From assembly GCA_046539225.1 (NCBI GenBank), contig JBKHHG010000012.1, positions 1 to 20,543 on the forward strand: a DNA stretch of 20,543 bases. Direction: 5' to 3'. This DNA comes from Candidatus Nanohaloarchaea archaeon. GTDB lineage: Archaea > Nanohalarchaeota > Nanosalinia > Nanosalinales > Nanosalinaceae. How positions within the stretch are numbered: the stretch's first letter is position 1; every line of letters begins with the position of its first letter. Shown here piece by piece: positions 17,524 to 20,543 of the stretch. The notes below the pieces were generated by a model, which worked only from the letters and a program-made list of their open reading frames with translations, did not search any database and was not told the DNA's origin. Made by a program: the position numbers and the translations under genes.

Positions 17524-18306
17524 ATGGAAAAACTGATGCAAAATCCTGATTTCGAGGAGGCCTCTGAAATACTGAAGGAGTACCTCTCGAGAGAATACAC
17601 CGTCCAGGTCAACGGGCTCTGTACTGTGAATTATACGGGCCGAGCTAGTTCAAAACTGGACCGGGGTGAGAGACTGGTTATCAAGAAGCAGGACTCCGCG
17701 ATTCTCGTACACGGCCCGGAGAACTATCAGCCTAAGAACTGGCAGCCGGAAGTGGATTCTTACAGCGTTGAGGTAAGGGATGAGGCCTTGGTTTTGGAGG
17801 CGATGAGAAGGGATCCTGACGAGGTTGTTGAGATTTATTTCGACAGTATCTCTCTTGTAGCAGTGGATCGGATGGTGGACAAGTCCGAGCTGAAGATTGC
17901 GGGCCACGAAGTCGATATACACGAGGCTATAGAGGAAAGGCCTGAAATGGTTGAAGAAGGCCTCAAAGTCGTGGAACGTGAGAAAGAGACTCCAGCCGGA
18001 TTCATCGACCTCTTCGCCCGCGACGAACAGGATCGATACACTGTTATCGAGGTAAAGCGGAATCCTGACTACAACACCGTCCTCCAGCTTCAGAGATACG
18101 TCGAAGAGATAGAGGACGAGTTCAACTCCGATATAAGAGGAATTCTGGTTGCGCCGAAGATGACTGACAAAGTCCTCGACTACCTGGAGGATCGAGGCCT
18201 CGAGTTTGTGGAAGTTGAGATGGAGGAAGTAATACCAAGCTATGAAGCCGTCGACAACAGCCAGAAAGGCCTCAGCGACTTCTCCCCGGATTATGAAGTA
18301 AAATAA
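17524..18306 (+). CDS. nucS: Mismatch-specific endonuclease NucS/EndoMS
   Basis: CTVNYTGRASSKL, K.DSAILVH...PKNWQP, IDLFARD...IEVKR (PD-D/ExK) and QLQRY motifs. Confidence 0.95.
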   Translation: MEKLMQNPDFEEASEILKEYLSREYTVQVNGLCTVNYTGRASSKLDRGERLVIKKQDSAILVHGPENYQPKNWQPEVDSYSVEVRDEALVLEAMRRDPDEVVEIYFDSISLVAVDRMVDKSELKIAGHEVDIHEAIEERPEMVEEGLKVVEREKETPAGFIDLFARDEQDRYTVIEVKRNPDYNTVLQLQRYVEEIEDEFNSDIRGILVAPKMTDKVLDYLEDRGLEFVEVEMEEVIPSYEAVDNSQKGLSDFSPDYEVK

Positions 18307-18330
18307 GAAAGGAATAGGAAAAGATTTTTG

Positions 18331-18531
18331 TTAGAAGTCTTCGTGGATCCAGTAACGCTCGACTTTCTCCGCGTTGAACCAGTGTGTCTCGTCTTCTCCA
18401 CCGACTTGGATAATCGGTTCCTCCAGGAACTCTGTGTTGTGCTTGTGAAGCTCAGCTTCCTTACCTGAATCAAACTGGATCATAACTTCTCCATTCTTCT
18501 CTACCGAATCCTTCAACTTTTCATACATCAT
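18331..18531 (-). CDS. Small acidic hypothetical protein (65-66 aa)
   Basis: Fills the nucS-asnB gap, has host-like acidic composition, and is followed by a pyrimidine tract (18301-18330) on the minus strand. Confidence 0.7.
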   Translation of the reverse strand: MMYEKLKDSVEKNGEVMIQFDSGKEAELHKHNTEFLEEPIIQVGGEDETHWFNAEKVERYWIHEDF

Positions 18532-18596
18532 ATGATTCGCCTATTAGAAAAATGAATCCAAACTCCGATAAAAGGTTCGGTTCCATACCAGTAACC

Positions 18597-20147
18597 ATGT
18601 GCGGTATCGCAGGAGCCAAAAACCAGGAAAAAGCAGAACAACTTCTGGAACTCCAGAGCCACAGAGGCCAGAGCCGCGATACTCTCAAAACAGGAAAATT
18701 CTCTCTCGGCAACAACCTGCACTCAGTCGTCGGCAACGTACAACAGCCTCTCAAAGAAGGAGGAGTACTGACGGCGAACTGCGAAATATACAACTGGCGC
18801 GAATTAAACAAGAAATACGGCTGGGAGACGGAAAACGACGCAGAAACACTGCTGAAACTACTGGACAAAAAAGGAAATGAAGCACTGGAAGAACTGGACG
18901 GCATCTACGCCTTTGCATACATACGCGACAACCAAGTTATGGTGGCGCGGGACAGGCTCGGCGTTAACCCGGTCTGGTACACAGAAAAGGATGGAGGGTT
19001 CGCTTTCGCATCCGAAAGACAGGCTCTGGAGAAAGCAGGGTACGAAGCCCGGGAACTACACCCCAGAAAAATACTGAAGTACAACCTTGAAACAGAAGAG
19101 ATCGAGTTCGAGCACCGAGAATTCTTCGAGATCGATGTCCCGAAGAACTCAGCCAGTTCTTCTGAAAACCAGAAAACTCCGGAAGAGTTTTCGGATGAGG
19201 ACAAAGATATAGAGGAGGCCGCAGAAGAAATCAAGGACAAGTTCCTGGAATCAGTTGAGAAAAGAGTTCCGGAAGGCGAAGTAGGGCTTTTATTCTCCGG
19301 CGGTGTCGATTCTACGATGATTGTAGCAGCACTACAGGAATTAGGTAAAGATTTCACTGCCTACACTGCTGGCATCCAGCATGGAAACGTGGATGCACCT
19401 CGAGACATGGATTGGGCGGAAGAAGTCGCGGAAGAAATGGGTATAGAACTGGAGAGCTACGAAGCCGATTTAGAGGAGGTCGAGGAAGTTCTTCCCGAGT
19501 TGACGGACTGGATCTCATCGACAAGCGTCGTTAAAAACGGTGTCGCCCTGCCGTTCCACTTCTCTCTCCGAGGAACTGCAAGTTCCGAAGGTCCAGAAGA
19601 CTCACAGTCTTCGTCTGAAAAAGTCGTCTTCTCAGGGCTGGGAAGCGAGCAGCTCTACGCAGGCTACAGTCGAATGGAGAAATACTTGAACAAGGAATGT
19701 CTCTCCGGGTTAAGAAAACTGTTTGAACGCGACTTGTACCGGGACAACGTTGTCAGCTTCCGCAACAGCCGCGAGCTCCGTGTTCCGTTCCTGGATCATG
19801 GCTTGATTGAGCATGCTTTGACGATTCCGGGCGAATTCAAGAAGAAAGATGATTACAGGAAGTACGTTCTCAGAAAAGCTGCGGAAAAGCTTGGCGTACC
19901 GGAGAAAGTCGCCTGGAGAGGTAAGACCGCGGCCCAGTACGGCAGCAACTTCGACAAAGCGATCTCCCGCCTCGCCAAGGACAAAGGCTTTAATCACAAG
20001 CAGGAATACTTGAACTCGTTACGAGGCGACGAAAATCGGAGATTTTCTGAGCAGCAGAAGATCTCTGATCTTCAACTGCCAAACAAGAAGTTGGCGGCCC
20101 TTACCTCGGGTGGCAAGGATTCGAACGCTGCGCTTTACAGGATGTAA
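18597..20147 (+). CDS. asnB: Asparagine synthetase B-like glutamine amidotransferase, N-terminal part of an AsnB-Dph6 fusion ending at a premature TAA
   Basis: MCGIAG (Ntn Cys, start 18597), HRG, NCEIYN, ARDRLGVNP, FASE, PP-loop LFSGGVDS, RVPFLD and KYVLRKAA. A second PP-loop, TSGGKDS, lies just before the stop. Confidence 0.88.
   Translation: MCGIAGAKNQEKAEQLLELQSHRGQSRDTLKTGKFSLGNNLHSVVGNVQQPLKEGGVLTANCEIYNWRELNKKYGWETENDAETLLKLLDKKGNEALEELDGIYAFAYIRDNQVMVARDRLGVNPVWYTEKDGGFAFASERQALEKAGYEARELHPRKILKYNLETEEIEFEHREFFEIDVPKNSASSSENQKTPEEFSDEDKDIEEAAEEIKDKFLESVEKRVPEGEVGLLFSGGVDSTMIVAALQELGKDFTAYTAGIQHGNVDAPRDMDWAEEVAEEMGIELESYEADLEEVEEVLPELTDWISSTSVVKNGVALPFHFSLRGTASSEGPEDSQSSSEKVVFSGLGSEQLYAGYSRMEKYLNKECLSGLRKLFERDLYRDNVVSFRNSRELRVPFLDHGLIEHALTIPGEFKKKDDYRKYVLRKAAEKLGVPEKVAWRGKTAAQYGSNFDKAISRLAKDKGFNHKQEYLNSLRGDENRRFSEQQKISDLQLPNKKLAALTSGGKDSNAALYRM
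19141..19193. repeat. Double-hairpin palindromic element, copy B (in-frame in asnB)
   Basis: c-GAAGAACT cagcc AGTTCTTC-tgaaaacca-GAAAACTC cggaa GAGTTTTC-g; encodes PKNSASSSENQKTPEEFS. Confidence 0.85.
19569..19613. repeat. Double-hairpin palindromic element, copy C (in-frame in asnB)
   Basis: cga-GGAACT gca AGTTCC-gaaggtcca-GAAGACT cac AGTCTTC-g; encodes RGTASSEGPEDSQSS. Confidence 0.8.
20030..20074. repeat. Double-hairpin palindromic element, copy D (in-frame in the AsnB-Dph6 linker)
   Basis: c-GAAAATC gga GATTTTC-tgagcagca-GAAGATC tct GATCTTC-a; encodes ENRRFSEQQKISDL. Confidence 0.85.
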
Positions 20148-20543
20148 CGCAGGAACAATGAGATCTCGTGTCTGGTGACTCTGCGGTCGGAGAACAGGGA
20201 TAGTTACATGTTTGATTCGAAGAAGTCGGAGAAAGACCTGGAATGGCAGAGCGAGCAGCTGGGAGTTCCGTTACTGGTTCAGGAGACTGAGGGTGAGAAA
20301 GAGGAAGAACTGGATGATTTAGAAAAAGCGATGAACCGGGCGCGGAAGGAGTACGGTGTGGAAGGCGTTGTCGCCGGCGCCCTCGCATCAACCTACCAGC
20401 GCGACCGCGTTGACAGGGTGGCGGAGAAAGCCGGTCTGAAAGTTTTCGCTCCGCTCTGGCGCGAGGATCAGGAACGCTACATGAAATGGTTGATACGTGA
20501 AGGCTTCGAAGTCGAGATTACCGATGTGGCGGCGCGAGGCCTC
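20085..20543 (+). pseudogene. dph6: Diphthine-ammonia ligase (Dph6, PP-loop ATPase) domain interrupted by in-frame TAA at 20145-20147; runs off the window
   Basis: The same frame reads KLAALTSGGKDSNAALYRM*RRNNEISCLVTLRSENRDSYMF...GEKEEELDDL...GVVAGALASTYQRDRVDRVAEKAGLKVFAPLW...LIREGFEVEITDVAARGL. The frame is open for 132 codons after the stop. Confidence 0.85.

Larger units (their letters stand above)
25..20542. repeat. Highly iterated dispersed palindrome AGGCCT
   Basis: About 72 copies by hand count against about 5 expected for a 6-mer in 20.5 kb, in coding and intergenic DNA. Confidence 0.9.

Noticed and set aside
18552..18596. Upstream ATG for asnB
   Set aside because: Ntn amidotransferases need Cys at position 2, which places the start at ATG 18597 (MCGIAG).
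19141..20074. Hairpin repeats as a CRISPR array or as terminators
   Set aside because: The copies are non-identical, about 430-460 bp apart, inside an open reading frame and without U-tracts. No cas genes are present.
20145..20147. Genetic-code reassignment, selenocysteine or pyrrolysine at the internal stop
   Set aside because: The codon is TAA, not TGA or TAG, and TAA terminates tuf, fusA, rps7, rpoB and nucS at the expected positions.

Overview
Core archaeal transcription/translation cluster from a halophile with a strongly acidic proteome. Moderate GC and divergent core proteins suggest Nanohaloarchaeota/DPANN, which is an inference. Minus strand: rpoH, rpoB'', rpoB', rpoA', rpoA'', nusA, an ABC1/UbiB kinase, rps12, rps7, EF-2, an opposite-strand hypothetical gene, EF-1alpha, a small nucleotidyltransferase and rps10. 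Beyond these lie radC, two tandem UPF0058 paralogues, nucS, a small hypothetical gene and an AsnB-like amidotransferase fused to a diphthine-ammonia ligase (Dph6) domain that is broken by an in-frame TAA. Main unexplained signals: (1) a family of ~45-53 bp double-hairpin palindromic elements, three in-frame inside asnB-dph6 and one between rps12 and rps7 where it forms a 21-codon upstream ORF; (2) about 72 copies (hand count) of the palindrome AGGCCT against about 5 expected, paired behind three translation genes and absent from 2.26 kb covering most of asnB-dph6; (3) an unusually divergent RNAP bridge helix and trigger loop; (4) two unannotated hydrophobic micro-ORFs.
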